Shown one piece after another: positions 63,598-64,000 of a stretch of 64,000 nucleotides of DNA; position 1 is the first letter of the stretch; every line of letters begins with the position of its first letter. Source of the DNA: the human T2T-CHM13v2.0 reference genome, Homo sapiens; NCBI RefSeq assembly GCF_009914755.1, contig NC_060932.1, one strand, 5' to 3'. The position numbers and the translations under genes are program-made. The notes beneath the pieces were generated by a model. The model made no database searches, was not told where the DNA came from, and worked only from the letters and a program-made list of their open reading frames with translations.

Positions 63598-64000
<403 letters not shown>

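Overview
Primate (most likely human) non-coding genomic DNA, intergenic or deep intronic. I find no credible host protein-coding exon, RNA gene, CRISPR array or prokaryotic feature, and I could not identify the locus. The window is dominated by transposon relics: one full-length but dead L1PA4/5-like LINE-1 (4.4-10.6 kb), a 5'-truncated L1PA copy (23.4-25.1 kb), about 35 Alus, solo ERV LTRs with intact target-site duplications (LTR9-like, MER51-like, MER11, LTR26-like), other ERV LTR remnants (MER21, MER39-like), MaLR elements, older L1M/L2/MIR fragments and hAT DNA transposons. A few repeat-free islands look like enhancers. Family names come from my recollection of consensus sequences and need RepeatMasker/Dfam confirmation. 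Most notable: (1) the two separately inserted L1 copies 14.6 kb apart share a frameshift, a stop codon and about 10 other non-consensus changes, pointing to local gene conversion or a shared defective donor; (2) a 127-bp segment was copied in inverted orientation from 46.0 kb into an AluJ at 51.1 kb; (3) an inverted pair of perfect POU octamers plus repeated GGAATGTTC motifs lies in a CpG-retaining island at 49.0-49.2 kb; (4) the same retrotransposon target site appears to have been re-used at three places. I do not see evidence for a wholly new biological system.
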